Shown here: positions 48,701 to 60,168 of the stretch, in pieces
Layout of the letters: every line of letters begins with the position of its first letter
Position numbering within the stretch: position 1 is the stretch's first letter
Assembly (NCBI GenBank): GCA_976226885.1
Contig: OZ320321.1
Location: 74,090,001-74,154,000 of the forward strand
Length of the DNA: 64,000 nt
Direction: 5' to 3'
From: Iphione sp. A-MEVVRFRX5
Taxonomy: Eukaryota
Translations under genes and position numbers: made by a program
Notes under the pieces: model-generated
Databases searched by the model: none
The model's input: the letters and a program-made list of their open reading frames with translations, nothing else
Told to the model about the DNA's origin: nothing

Positions 48701-49728
48701 TCCTCAGTCAAACCAGTTTTCCTGTACCTTCTCAGTGCTTGGTGTTTACTACGGACTATGTCAAGACACTCACCAGTTACCCAATCAGGCTTCTTTATCC
48801 CTCTCGATATAACTCGTGCAGGTACTAATTCATCTATGATTGTAATTACTGTATTAATAAAAAATTCCCATTTCAATTTATATCAGAATAACCAAACAGG
48901 TTATCCCAATTCGTTAGTATAAGTCTTTCTTCAAATTTAGCTAAGTCAAGTTCCGAATACATACGCACTCTCACCCTTTCCTTCTTTGGTTTGTCAATGT
49001 CATGCTTTACCATTACTACTTCAATCAGGTTATGATCACTTATAGTATAATCAATTACCCTGGTGAAAATCCCATTTTTAATGTTGGTTATACAATAGTC
49101 AATAATCGTACATGTATTACACGTTACTCTAGTAGGAGTTTCTACCATCTGTACTGCTGAATAAGAGCGACAGTAATTCGATAACTTCTGCTTCATTGGT
49201 GAAGGGACAGCCCAGTTTACATTGAAGTCGCCCAGTATTAGAAATTCCTCAGATTTGTTAGTCCCCATAATTTTCACGGTTGTATTGTCCAGATAGTCCA
49301 TGAAACTTGCAAAGTTACCATTCGGTTGCCTATACAGGCATCCCCAATGGAATCCACCACCCTTTAACAGACGACAATATAACCAGATGCATTCGATATC
49401 TGTATTACATACACCAGATTCTGACTCAAGAATAAATTTTTCATCGAATATTTTCTTAATTAGTACCATTATTTCCCCCACCCTTTGCATAATTTCATTC
49501 CTGACGTACACTGATATACCCGTCAAATTTAAAAAGACCATCAGGAAGATCATTTCTCAACCAGGTTTCTGTTAATATCAAGATATCAGGTCTTGTTAGC
49601 TCAAATTCTGGTAACTTACCTAACAGGCTGCGTATGTTTAAATGGTAGATGGTCAAACCTTTTGCCCCATTGTCAGTCATTGTGTACATCAGTTCGATGT
49701 CACATGCTACATCTCCTTCCCCTATCAA
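45764..49728 (-). pseudogene. LINE E ORF2 (APE and RT), frameshifted and split by a nested LINE
   Basis: HLNIRSL, TETWL, LGDFN and SDH; ARVTPLFKSG, GFRSK, DFSKAFD, GVPQGSILGP, MYADD and FKYLG. Confidence 0.92.
47249..48481 (-). mobile_element. 5'-truncated L2/CR1-like LINE related to 33184-34885, tail (TTCAAA)n
   Basis: MWHSAV..HLEY..NRCARIALQ..KTWNELP parallels MWHAAA..HLQY..NRCVRVAMQ..RRWNGLP. Removing it rejoins the host frame IAMLL/NNYFSTIG. Confidence 0.88.
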
Positions 49729-50364
49729 TAGAACTCAACTAAAGAAATGTTAGTAAGTAAACAGCAAACATTATTAAATAATTAAACAAACACCTAATAT
49801 AGTTATCTTTTTCAATAGAGTAAACACGAACAAACTTATAATTAAAATTTGAATTTGTTAATAAGAAAATTTATTAATATCAATATCATGGCAAGTGCGG
49901 CAGTGCACCGCTCCCACATAATTCAAGAAAAACACCAATTTATAACTTTAACTAGTATATTGGCCTCTTCATTCTTTCTACTTCGTTATCAGTCTACATA
50001 AACACATGATGAATCCGAGGAACCACGTCCCGTTCAACATTTCAAAAATCAATACATTTGTACACTAAATGTAGATTTTTATGATAGTTTAGGCACGTAT
50101 CCCATATAGACATATAATTCAACTACAAAAGCAATATGACCATATTGTGGGACCAAGTCCTGAATACAGTTTGTATACCACTTTTACTTTTACATTTTTA
50201 ACATAGCAAATTCCGAAGCTAATATATTGAGCAACAACTTACAAAAGGTTTTAACAACAACAACAACAACAAAATTTTGGACTGCATTAGATTAGCTGAT
50301 ATAAATTTCTGTTATAAGGAACCACGTCCTGTTATATCAGATTGTACTTCCAGCTTCAAATCTC

Positions 50365-51050
50365 TCAGTGGCCATCATAGAGGAGTCTCTGTACAGTGTC
50401 ATTTTTTTTCATTGCCTGGCGACGTTTCCAAAATAATTTCATGTTACAACCATCGATATATCTGCACAGCCTGTGCCTCCAGTGTCCATTGGTCCTACTG
50501 TGGACCACCAGACTGGTCCAGGGAGTATGAACACCATAACACTTATTTACAGAGACAATCCTCTGGTTCAGTACAATTACAGCTGTGTTTAACAGTGACT
50601 GCACATACAATCTTGTATCAGACTGTGAAACATAGCCGTTCAGGCGATGGTTGTATGTGGAGTAGTCTGTGGCACAAATAGTACAAAACATAATATACGC
50701 AGCGGGAAAGTGTGTCTCTATCATTGATCGACTGGTCCACAGATAAAACTCAATAGAGTCAGCAGCAATATATGGATCAGTGTAACAGGACACAAGAAAC
50801 TTCTTCGACTCACCGCGAATATTGTTAATTCTAACAATCTTAGTGAGATCGTTCCCACCTGCATAGATTATAATCAAGTCTGGTGCTGATTGAAAGTCCT
50901 CCAATAACACATGTTGACAAATGTCCACAATTCGAGCGCCAGGATATACATGTACATGTATATTCCATTCCATCCCAGTTGAATGAAACATCCCTCCAAT
51001 TTTCTGCCATGACTTGAGGCGAACAGGTGTATGTTTGGATAATATTCCAT
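50365..51050 (-). pseudogene. Stand-alone SGNH/GDSL-like hydrolase ORF (copy E)
   Basis: MEYYPNIHLFASSHG (block I), one frameshift, VYPGA (II), YAGGND (III), IDGCN (V, His replaced). Confidence 0.75.
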
Positions 51051-51174
51051 TTTTGACGGTATTCAGGGCTCCACAATCTGACCACCGGCAAAACAAACTG
51101 TCGCACAGATACTACGGGGGCTAGGGGTTGTGACTACTCTGCTCACACCATGGTCGCGTTCAGAAAGTGGTAAG

Positions 51175-52460
51175 CTAGTTCACCTGTAACTGTTGCCTAA
51201 CTCCTTCTAGGATCTTACCCATTTGATTTTGACCTTTGTAGGTCCTGTTTGCAACTGCTTTTGACTTAATTGATGCACCTGTACCCCAGAACTCATGCTG
51301 ACTTGCTTGAATCAAGTCCTTATCGCCAGGAGATAGCAACAATTCTCTTAATTTTTCGTTGCCAGAGAATTTCACATTGGCTAGTTCCAACATTATTTCA
51401 ACTTTTAGGGATTCCCAGTCCCCAATTTCAGGTAAATCCTGCCGGATAATTTTCAATGCCTGGAAGTCAGTAGTATGTTCGGACAAAGAGGTTTTAGCCA
51501 TCACGCCGGCTGCCTTACATTTTGAATATGTATAGGCTTGCTCTATACTGTCAAATGATTTTTCATCCCATAGAATTTTGCAGGGAAACAGATTTGAAAA
51601 TGGCGACTTTTTACTTGCAAATACTACACAGCTACTTTCCCCATCTACTGATTCAGGCGGTGGCCAGTATTTTTCAGGTAATTTTGACAATGCGTCAACA
51701 GTATATGGCGTGTCCTCTAACAACAATTTCTCACCTTTGATGCTTACAGAGACCTCACTGTCTACGGAGCGTTTGTGCTTTACCACCTTACGCAGTCTCG
51801 CTTGTGTTGCTCTTTGACTCGGTGTAAGGTCTGGATTAATCCATATATTTTTTCCTTTGAGTTTTGTTTTTGCTTTTAACACCCTTTGTCGAACAATACC
51901 ACAAACAAATTTAACAAATATTGTAGGGGTACCACTTATACTTTTCCTTCCAGTTATGAAGGCTTCATCTATGTCACTTTCATCGACATCCACATCAATT
52001 AATGACAGGAGTGCAATTAACAACATCTTCATTCTCACTTATCTTATACCCATCAATGTACACACAATTGGGTCTCATCTTCCTATCCCACTCCTCTAGG
52101 GAATGAGAATCACTTGTAGGAGCACAAGATTTTTTCAACTGATGAATTTCCTTCCGAAGAGATTCATTCTCTTCTTGCAGTTCTTTGACTGAAGCTTCCA
52201 GCGTTACTATTTTAGCATTGTTTTGACTCACATTGCTAGTGCAACTCTGAATTGTCACTTCAAGTGAGCCTAACTTTTCCTTTAAATTTGCTGATTCTTC
52301 CTTAGCAACTCGTCGATTTTCTAATATTTCAGTCATAATTAGTTTCATATCCGACGACAGATTATCAGGAAGCACAGTACTGAGTGATTGCTCAGTTCCC
52401 GGACTATTTTCCTTCCTACGTTTTGTACTACCTCGTCCCCTACCTTTAGAGTCTGGTGTT
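51175..52460 (-). pseudogene. LINE ORF1p: coiled coil, RRM/CTD (Tnp22-like) and C-terminal NADAR (YbiA-like) domain; one frameshift near 52035
   Basis: Heptad-rich segment; RPNCVYIDG..SENED; IFVKF; LKGKNIWINPDLT; then PFSNL..SIEQAY..K..WESLK..M...KF..N.KL..LL..FWGTG..GQNQMGKIL..VR (about 51175-51630). Confidence 0.85.
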
Positions 52461-52549
52461 CAATAGTCTTTAGCAAAATGCACTAATATTGCGATCTGAT
52501 AGTAATGCCACAAACGAACATAGACAATAATTCTTTGGAACGACAAACA

Positions 52550-55500
52550 TTTATTCAGACATCAGCTGGTCTCTGGAGACCGAAGAACATAGGCAAGACA
52601 GAATGGCATAATAAACACAAAGTAACTAATAGTCTCTAGAGACTGAATACATGTACATGAGCCAAACCCAACATGGGAGTTACGCCAAGCTGTGGACATT
52701 GGACATGATGCGAGCAGCTTGGTTTGAGGCCAGTTGCCGGCTAGTATAGGCAGCTGAACCTGGGAGAGACTTCCAGGTCCCTTGGGCAAGTATGTGGGCA
52801 TCTGTGGCCCCAGCATTCTGTAGGGCCTGTGCCCCACCACGACGGAAGCTATGGAGAGTGTAGTCCGAGGGCCTGCAACCTAAGTGCGATAGGGCCTTCT
52901 TTAAGGTTAAGGTGAGCTTGTTAACTGGAAAAGGATTACCGAATATTGGATCCACAAATAATGGCTGAGAAGGGGACCGGGTTGGACAGATCGAAAACAT
53001 TCTCAGTAATGCACGCCTTGGACATGGAGCGGTGGACATAGCGGGCAGTGTGATAAACTCAGGGGGGCCATTGCGAATAGTCTTGGACCACTTAATGCGT
53101 ACTATAACTGAATTTGCATGGATGGAGATGTCCCCCCTTGTCAGTTGCTTAGTGGGATCGAATTTGTCTGGATTTCGTGGAGCAATATTGCTCTGGCGGA
53201 CCAGACTGTAAAACAGAAATACAAAGACAGCCTGGAGGACAACACCGAGGGGGCCCATCGGTTCCAGGTGATCACAAGAGACGATAGAGAATATCAAGGG
53301 TGATGGGCAATTTTTGATTACGTTGGTGACTAGAATGAATCTTAAGGGCTTTGAGAGAGGTGGTAACTCTGAAGGAATTTATGGCAGTAAGGCGGTACTC
53401 TTTCTGGGTCAGGAGATATCTAAGGGCTGATATGTATTGACCCACTACTTCAGGCGTTAGGTCTTGGAGAACTAGATATTCAATCAGCAGTAGTACGTGG
53501 TAGTCTTCTAGGTCTTCTAAGGGGAATCCGAAATAAAGCAGGAAGCCGGCGGCCAGATGGGCCTGCTTTAAACGGCGTAAATGTGTTTCCTGGGTGATGG
53601 CCATCGACTGTCGTCTGATAGCACTCTGGGCTAGGGACGCCAGTGGAGGATCTGTAATCAAAACGACAAAATGGTATTGAGGGCTTTCTTTGATGGGAAC
53701 GTCTGTTGGCTATGGGGGAATTGTAGCCTAAAACGTTGGAATATGGCCTTGTACTTGGGGGCTGTACTGAGTCTGGACAGGGCATCGGCATAGATCATTC
53801 TTGCACCGGGTATGTGTGAAACAAGGAGGGAGGTACAATTGGATGCTGCGAGCATCCATACTGCTCGTGCGACCTTGGCTAGAAAGGGATCTCTGGTCCT
53901 GCCTGTAGATAATACGTAAACGGTTGCAGAGTTATCACAAAAGAGCTCTACTCGGGCATGACTGTGGGTGTGTGTAAGGAGTGTGTATACAGCTAAGGCT
54001 GTGTTGACTGCCTCCAACTGGGAAATTGGTAGTCCGGACAGTTCCGATGGGACGGGAACAGAGTAGAACATAGAGGCGGAGTGGGCGCCTAACCCTGGCA
54101 AGGAAGCGTCACAGAATATAGACTCGACCGGGGCAGGCTGTGGAATGACGGTTATGCCGTTGTACTTGGGGAGGTAACACTTGAACCAGGCTAGGTCGTC
54201 ACAGGATTGTATTGTTAGCTGGATGGATTTCTGAGCATGTCTGATAGCCTTCCTAAGGTTGTCTAATAGTGTGTTCATGAAGAGTCCTGCTGGTGGGCAA
54301 CATTTGGAGACAAAATTAATATGACCAAGAAGGGTGCTGAGATCACTAATGGGCAAGGGGTGTGAGGTGTCGATACGGTCAATCATGTGTAGTAGGGCTG
54401 TGACTTTGTCTTTGGGGATAGACATGCGTCTTGACTTGGTCTCAAACCTAACACCTAACCATACCAAGTCCTGGGTTGGTGGTACACACTTATCATGCGC
54501 CAAGTGCAGGCCTAGCTTAGATAGGGTTATCTTAGCGTGATGAAAAACCTCAGACAACTCCTGATAATTATGGTGTATGAAAATATAGTCGTCCAGGTAG
54601 GCGAAAATTTAGTTAGTGGGAAAGGTGAGATAATTTTGGAAAGTAGAGTGTCAGAGATTGATTGCAGAAGTAAGGAGTAGAAAAGAGTGCCAAAGGGCAG
54701 AGACAGATCGGTATAATAGGTATTGTTCACACGAAAGGTCAGTAGAGGCCAGTCGAGGGGATCGATTGGAAAATGTCTATAGGCTCATTTTAAATCTATT
54801 GTTGCAAGGTATAACAGTGCTTTGGAGGACATGATTAGATCATAAAGGGTTGAGGTCGATGGGAGCTGAACTCTTGCACTAATACCATAGTAGTTGTGAT
54901 AGGGGATTAAGGAATTGACACCACTATGGCATAGATCCACTATTATGCGTCAGTCTGACGATTGCTTTTTGGGGCGGGTCATTATCGGGCTAACTGCCAA
55001 ACACGGGCTGAAGGGGTCTGTTTGAAACGCGCCCGAGATTGCCCCAAACCCCAATTCTGTACAGATGTACTTATTATCGTGGGGAATGTCTGTGGGTGTG
55101 ATTGGGTAAGGGGGGGGAGTAGGCTAGTAGGAATGCTGGAACCTGTAAAACCAATGGGAAAGCCTAATGTTATGAATTGTAAGATGACAAACTCACATGG
55201 TACCTGGGAAGAGAGAAGATCATACCAGTTGGGGATAATGAGTGGGGAACGAAGGGGTATTTTTGCCTCTAAGTGGTTAGGGAGGCCCGTGGCCTTAACC
55301 TTCATGTATATATCGGATAGGTCAGATGGGAACGTGTCTATAGGTACTGGCCAGTTAAGGACTCTCGGGGCAATTAACCTGTACAGGGAGACGTCTCGTT
55401 GATGGTGAGCAGAATTACAATTTTCGGCATTACACTCGATAGGACAACAAACTTGATCATACAGGGTGAGGACGTAATCTTTCACAGATTCATGGAACTG

Positions 55501-56498
55501 TTCGGTGGTACATGCAGACAGGTTTCTTTCAATGAACGGGGATATGGAAATATTGAAAATGTCACAGGGTTGGATGTAATCATTAATGGTGTTAGAGGGT
55601 AGTGCTGTCCCCCTACTGAGGTCTTGCTTGTGGTAGTCGTCATCGATCACCAGTCTGGGTCCTGTCTCAGGCGGCGATATTCCTGCTGTTGGGAGTTGGT
55701 CTTGGACGGTTGTGTGGGCATCGGCTGGGCACGTCTTTTCGATCTGCATTGATCGACCTTGTGGTCCATCTGTTTGTTGGAAGTGATATAACAATAAGGA
55801 CAGATGTGCATGAAATACAGGTCATTCAACATATGAGGCGGGGAAAGTGTACATTTCGAATAATTCCATTTGGTACATGGGACAATTGTCTCTTTGGAGG
55901 GGGGGAGCAATTTAGGTGCATTGTCCCTATCGTGGGCCAGAATAGCTCCCTGTTTGAGTGTCTGTATTCTTTGGTTGTTGCTCCATGATAAGCGGTCTTC
56001 GATTGTGAGGGTCTAAATTTCGTGGACCCAGTCCTTGACTGCATCCCATTTTGCTGAGTGGACCTCCTCAGATACGTCTCGTACGTGGTCTAGCAGTATG
56101 GTATAGTCGGCGGGGTACTGGATGGAGGAATCCAGAAGGAGGGACATCATGCCAGCTACGTATTGTGGGTAGGAGGCTTTACGAATGTCTGTGGCATTAG
56201 AGTCTTTTGAAATAATGTAAGAGGATGGTGAAGGTTTGCTAAGTCTCTTACCGACGGTTTCGAGGGCCTTTGGGTAGACTGTGGAGAAGATCTCCTGTAA
56301 CTGTGTGGCTGTCTGTGCCTTGATCATTGTTGGGTCTGGAATACTGGATTGTGTGGTTGAAGGTTGGTCCTGTACCGCTCCAGCCGACTGAGCATTCAAA
56401 GTGGGCTCCTCAGGTGTAGCACCGTCTTGGTGGGGTTGGTTGACGGTTGACCTAGTCGCGGCAGCAGCGGCGGCCCGTGTGGTGACTGCAGGCGGGCC
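52550..56498 (-). mobile_element. Ngaro-type YR retrotransposon, 5'-truncated and decayed
   Basis: Gag with CxxWNxxxC...HICxxC...H...C finger (55647-56498); RT with GFPIG, RIIVDL and AYLDD at about 54585-54600; RNase H with FCDAS, ISQLE and CDN (53658-54557); YR with KWSKT and HSFRRGGA (52680-53791); no methylase domain. Confidence 0.87.
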
Positions 56499-57422
56499 AA
56501 ATGAAGTTTGGCTCTTTTTAGAAGAGAGTTTGTGTATCCTTAAGGCTTTCTTCATTCCAGGAAGGTTTAATTCTGCTGCTGATTATGCGTCAAGGCGCTT
56601 CAAAGACAACCTGGAGTTTAAACTTAACCCTGTTTTGTTTGAGCGTATAGTTCATAAGTGGGGCTTACCTGATGTGGATCTCTTTGCTTCCAGGTTGAAT
56701 TTTCAAGTTCCTAGATATGTGAGTTGGTTTCCGGATCCGGGGGCTATTTGTACTGATGCATTTTGTTTGGATTGGTCTATCATGGGTTTGGTTTATTTAT
56801 TTCCACCTTTTTCTATTGTTTCCAGGTGCCTCCAAAAGATAGCAGCAGACAGACCTCATGCAATCATGGTCGTACCCATGTGGCCCAATCGTCCATGGTA
56901 CAGTCGTGCTCTGTTGATGGCCAAGGCCCCTCCTCTCGTTTTCAGTCCACGCCCTCAAAATCTGTTGGATCAGGCAGGAAACTTAGTGTTCAAGGATATG
57001 TCAATTATGGCCCTTCTCTTCTAAAGGCGTCTCTAGCAAAGAAAGATCTTAGTCCAGCAGTTAGGTTGTTGATGTTGTTGGAATCCTTTATATCCTTCCT
57101 TGAAGCAGGTCTTGCAGTTTCTGGCTGATCTTTTTAATAAAGGTCTAGGATACAGTGCCCTCAATATAGCACGTAGTGCTCTTTCAGCTGTTCTTCCACA
57201 TTTTGATGGTTATCCCTTTGGGAAACATCCCAATACTATTCGTGTCCTTACTGCTTTCTTTAACATGCGCCCTCCAGTAGCTAAAATAGGTTATGTTTGG
57301 GATGTTTCTTTGGTGTTAGATTTCATAAAGTCCTGGGGCCCAAATTCTTCATTATCCTTAAAGCATTTAACTTTTAAGTGTCTGATGCTTCTATTGTTAT
57401 CTACTTGTGGCAGGCTGCAGAC
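56499..57422 (+). pseudogene. Inverted DIRS1 fragment: RNase H C-terminus, DAM-like methylase, YR N-terminal half
   Basis: IPGRFNSAADYASR; DLFASRLN..YVSW.PDP..DAF..W..YLFPPF..P.WP...WY; YSALNIARSALS..GKHP..WDV..LSTCGRLQ. Confidence 0.9.
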
Positions 57423-58760
57423 TGAGAAACACAAATAAGTGTGACTCAGAGGGAGGGCAGCAATGCCCTCTAGTGGGCATATACATACAAAAATTATGAA
57501 CAAATTTCACTTAAGGTAAGTTCATTTTATCTACTAATTTTAATTCTGTATATGCCCACTAGAGGGCTTTACTGAGACTTTAAAAATAAACCTGAAAGAC
57601 TCATAGGGAGGAACATACCTAAACTACCTCCTTCAAATAAAAAGTTTTAAACGTATTTGCATGAGCCCACATGCCCTTTTTCATAATGTCATTAACGGGC
57701 ATGCCCATCTTGGCTAACTTGGAAACTGATGCCGACCTGGTGGAGTGTGGGGTAAATTTTGACATGTCCACACCAGCTAAAGATAGAACAGTCTTGGTCC
57801 ACCTAGCAAGAGTGGAGACTGAAACAGGAGCATAAGGAGCCTTGAAACTAATAAAGAGTTGAGCATTAGACTTCCTGAAAGGAGAAGTAGCATTAATGTA
57901 TGAGCGCAGACACTTTAGGACACAAATAGAGGGATGTTTCCTGAAAGGTTGAAGAATAATTTTAGAGGAAGGCTTACCTTTCCTAGAGTGCTTTAAAGGA
58001 GTAGTAAAATTAATTTGGACGGAACCATCCCCCAAAGAGTGAATGTTACTTGTTTTAATGGCAGCAGGGGAAGAAACAACAGAAATAGCTTTTGAAGCCA
58101 ATAAATTGTCAAGTTCCTCTTTGATAAAGATATTTTCCTGATCTGAAAAAAGAATTGGTTTAGGTCTATAATACTGAAAGGGAGACATAGAAAAATCTAA
58201 GTGATAGCCCTTCACCGCCTGCAGCACCTCAGGATCCGATGTAATGGCTGTCCACTGAGGAAAACACTTTGCCAGACAGCCTGCTGTAAAAGAGGGAGAT
58301 GGAACTACTTCCTCACCTGAGGGGCGGTCAATTGCTTCTGGGGCAATTGCATCAGAGGTGTAACTTGCTGTTGCTGCTGCTGATTCTGGACATTCTGAGC
58401 TGAATTCTGGAGCATGGATGACTGGGGATTGAAAGTGCTCTGATAATTGAAGCGCCTGCCCTGATAACCTCCTCGAGGATAACGGTACCTTCCTCTGTAA
58501 CCTCTGCCGCGGGGGGAATAGTACCCTCTCTGAAACCCCCCCCCCTCTCTTGGACTTGTCTACTCTATTACAGAGTCTGGTAAGATTCTCAGATGACCTG
58601 ACAGAAGACTCTAACAAATCTCCAAACAACAGGGTTGAAGATGGAGGACAATCAATTGAAGCGAGACGCTTATGCTCAGGCAAGAGGTGAGGTTTGATAT
58701 CATCCCACCTCATTTTTATGAGGTGAGAATCAATCAACCCCAAGGTTAAGTCCCTTGCAT
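57423..58760 (-). mobile_element. DIRS1 3' portion: gag C-terminus and RT start fused in frame to YR C-terminal half, plus terminal inverted structure
   Basis: LLFGD, AGCLA...W...TSD...GY and LL..KAI, then AAIKTSNI, LKHSR, CV, LFIS, HSTRSASVS and TF..FY. Perfect 21-bp inverted repeat at 57465-57485 and 57547-57567. Confidence 0.88.
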
Positions 58761-59100
58761 ACCCCATATACCTTGTATCGCAAACTCTTAATCCCTTGTA
58801 TACCCTATACACCTTGTATCGCAAACTCCTAGTGTCCTCACTACCCCATATACCTTGTATCGCAAACTCTAAGTACCCTCCTTACCCTATATACCCTGTA
58901 TTGCAAACTCTAAGTACCCTCCTTACCCCATATACCTTGTATTGCAAACTCTAAACACTCTCATTACCCGATATACCTTACATCGCAAATTCTAAGCACC
59001 CTCCTTACCTTATATACCTTGTATTGCAAACTTTAAGTCCCTTGCATACCGCATATACCTTGTATCCGAACCTCTAAGTACCCTCTTTACCCCATATGGC
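58747..59100. repeat. About 8 x 41-43-bp minisatellite
   Basis: Core CCCCATATACCTTGTAT(C/T)GCAAACTCTAAG. Confidence 0.9.
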
Positions 59101-59842
59101 TTTTATTATAAACTCTGAGTGCCTTCCTTGACTGGGCTATATCAAGACAGAAAACAAAATTCCATTTTAACTCATCTTTATTAGGAAACGTTATTAGACC
59201 ACTCATAAAATCACTCCTGGAAATAGTCAACATGGCTCATAAACAGTGCACATGGTTGAAGAGAGAAAGAGAGAGAGAGAAGGAGGATAAGGAATGGGAG
59301 ACGGAGGAGAGATAGACACTGAAGGTGCTTGTCATAGCAATTAACTGTAGACTGTGGTCACTGCTGTCTGTGACCCCTGGAATGACGCACTCCTGGAACA
59401 GCAGACAATACATGAAGTTACAATTGACAAAAATACAATTTAGACAAATCTAATGAAAAAAGCAGTGCTTAAGCAATTTATATTTCCTTCAGGGATTTCC
59501 AACTGGACTGGACATAATGTGTCAAGGGTAACAGTTTTTATGAGAATGGGTAGGCAAGGTATAGACAAGATAGTAGTCAAAGTGCTACTTCTCACTTCCT
59601 TTTTAATCAATTTCTCTAATGCTTCCTAACAGCTACTACTTAGAAAGGACATAGAAAGGGAAGCACCAACAGAAAATAGGGATCATACTGGGTAATAGGT
59701 TCAGAATAGGTACTGAGGTTATACTGTATACATACCAGTAGTCTTAACCTGAACTGTAGTCTCAGCCACAGTTTCAGTCACTTGGTCATCTACAAAGAAC
59801 AAGAAGCAACATTTTCTGTGTGGCATTAAATACTCCAGATTA

Positions 59843-60125
59843 CACACATGTTGTCTAGTCACATATAAAAAATCCTACCTCCTGTCCTACTCCTCCCCTA
59901 CCTCATCCTACTCCTCCCACTACTCTTACCACTACCCACTCATCACACATGTTGTCTAGTCACATATAAAAAATCCTACCTCCTGTCCTACTCCTCCCCT
60001 ACCTCATCCTACTCCTCCCACTACTCTTACCACTACCCACTCATCACACATGTTGTCTAGTCACATATAAAAAATCCTACCTCCTGTCCTACTCCTCCCC
60101 TACCTCATCCTGCTCCTACCACTAT
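59843..60125. repeat. About 2.8 x 101-bp tandem repeat, near-identical copies
   Basis: Units start at 59843, 59944 and 60045. Confidence 0.92.
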
Positions 60126-60168
60126 TATCTAATATCATACATACATATATAATAGGAAATGTAGTTAC

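Larger units (their letters stand above)
45097..52529 (-). mobile_element. CR1-like LINE E: ORF1-NADAR, SGNH ORF, APE-RT
   Basis: AATAAA plus (TCAAA)n tail at 45097; candidate 7-bp TSD ATTCTTT at 45090-45096 and 52530-52536; three coding units in one orientation. Confidence 0.75.

Noticed and set aside
57619-58824. 401-aa ORF that looks like an intact novel protein
   Set aside because: It is a chimera of minisatellite, gag, RT start and YR C-terminal half produced by rearrangement.
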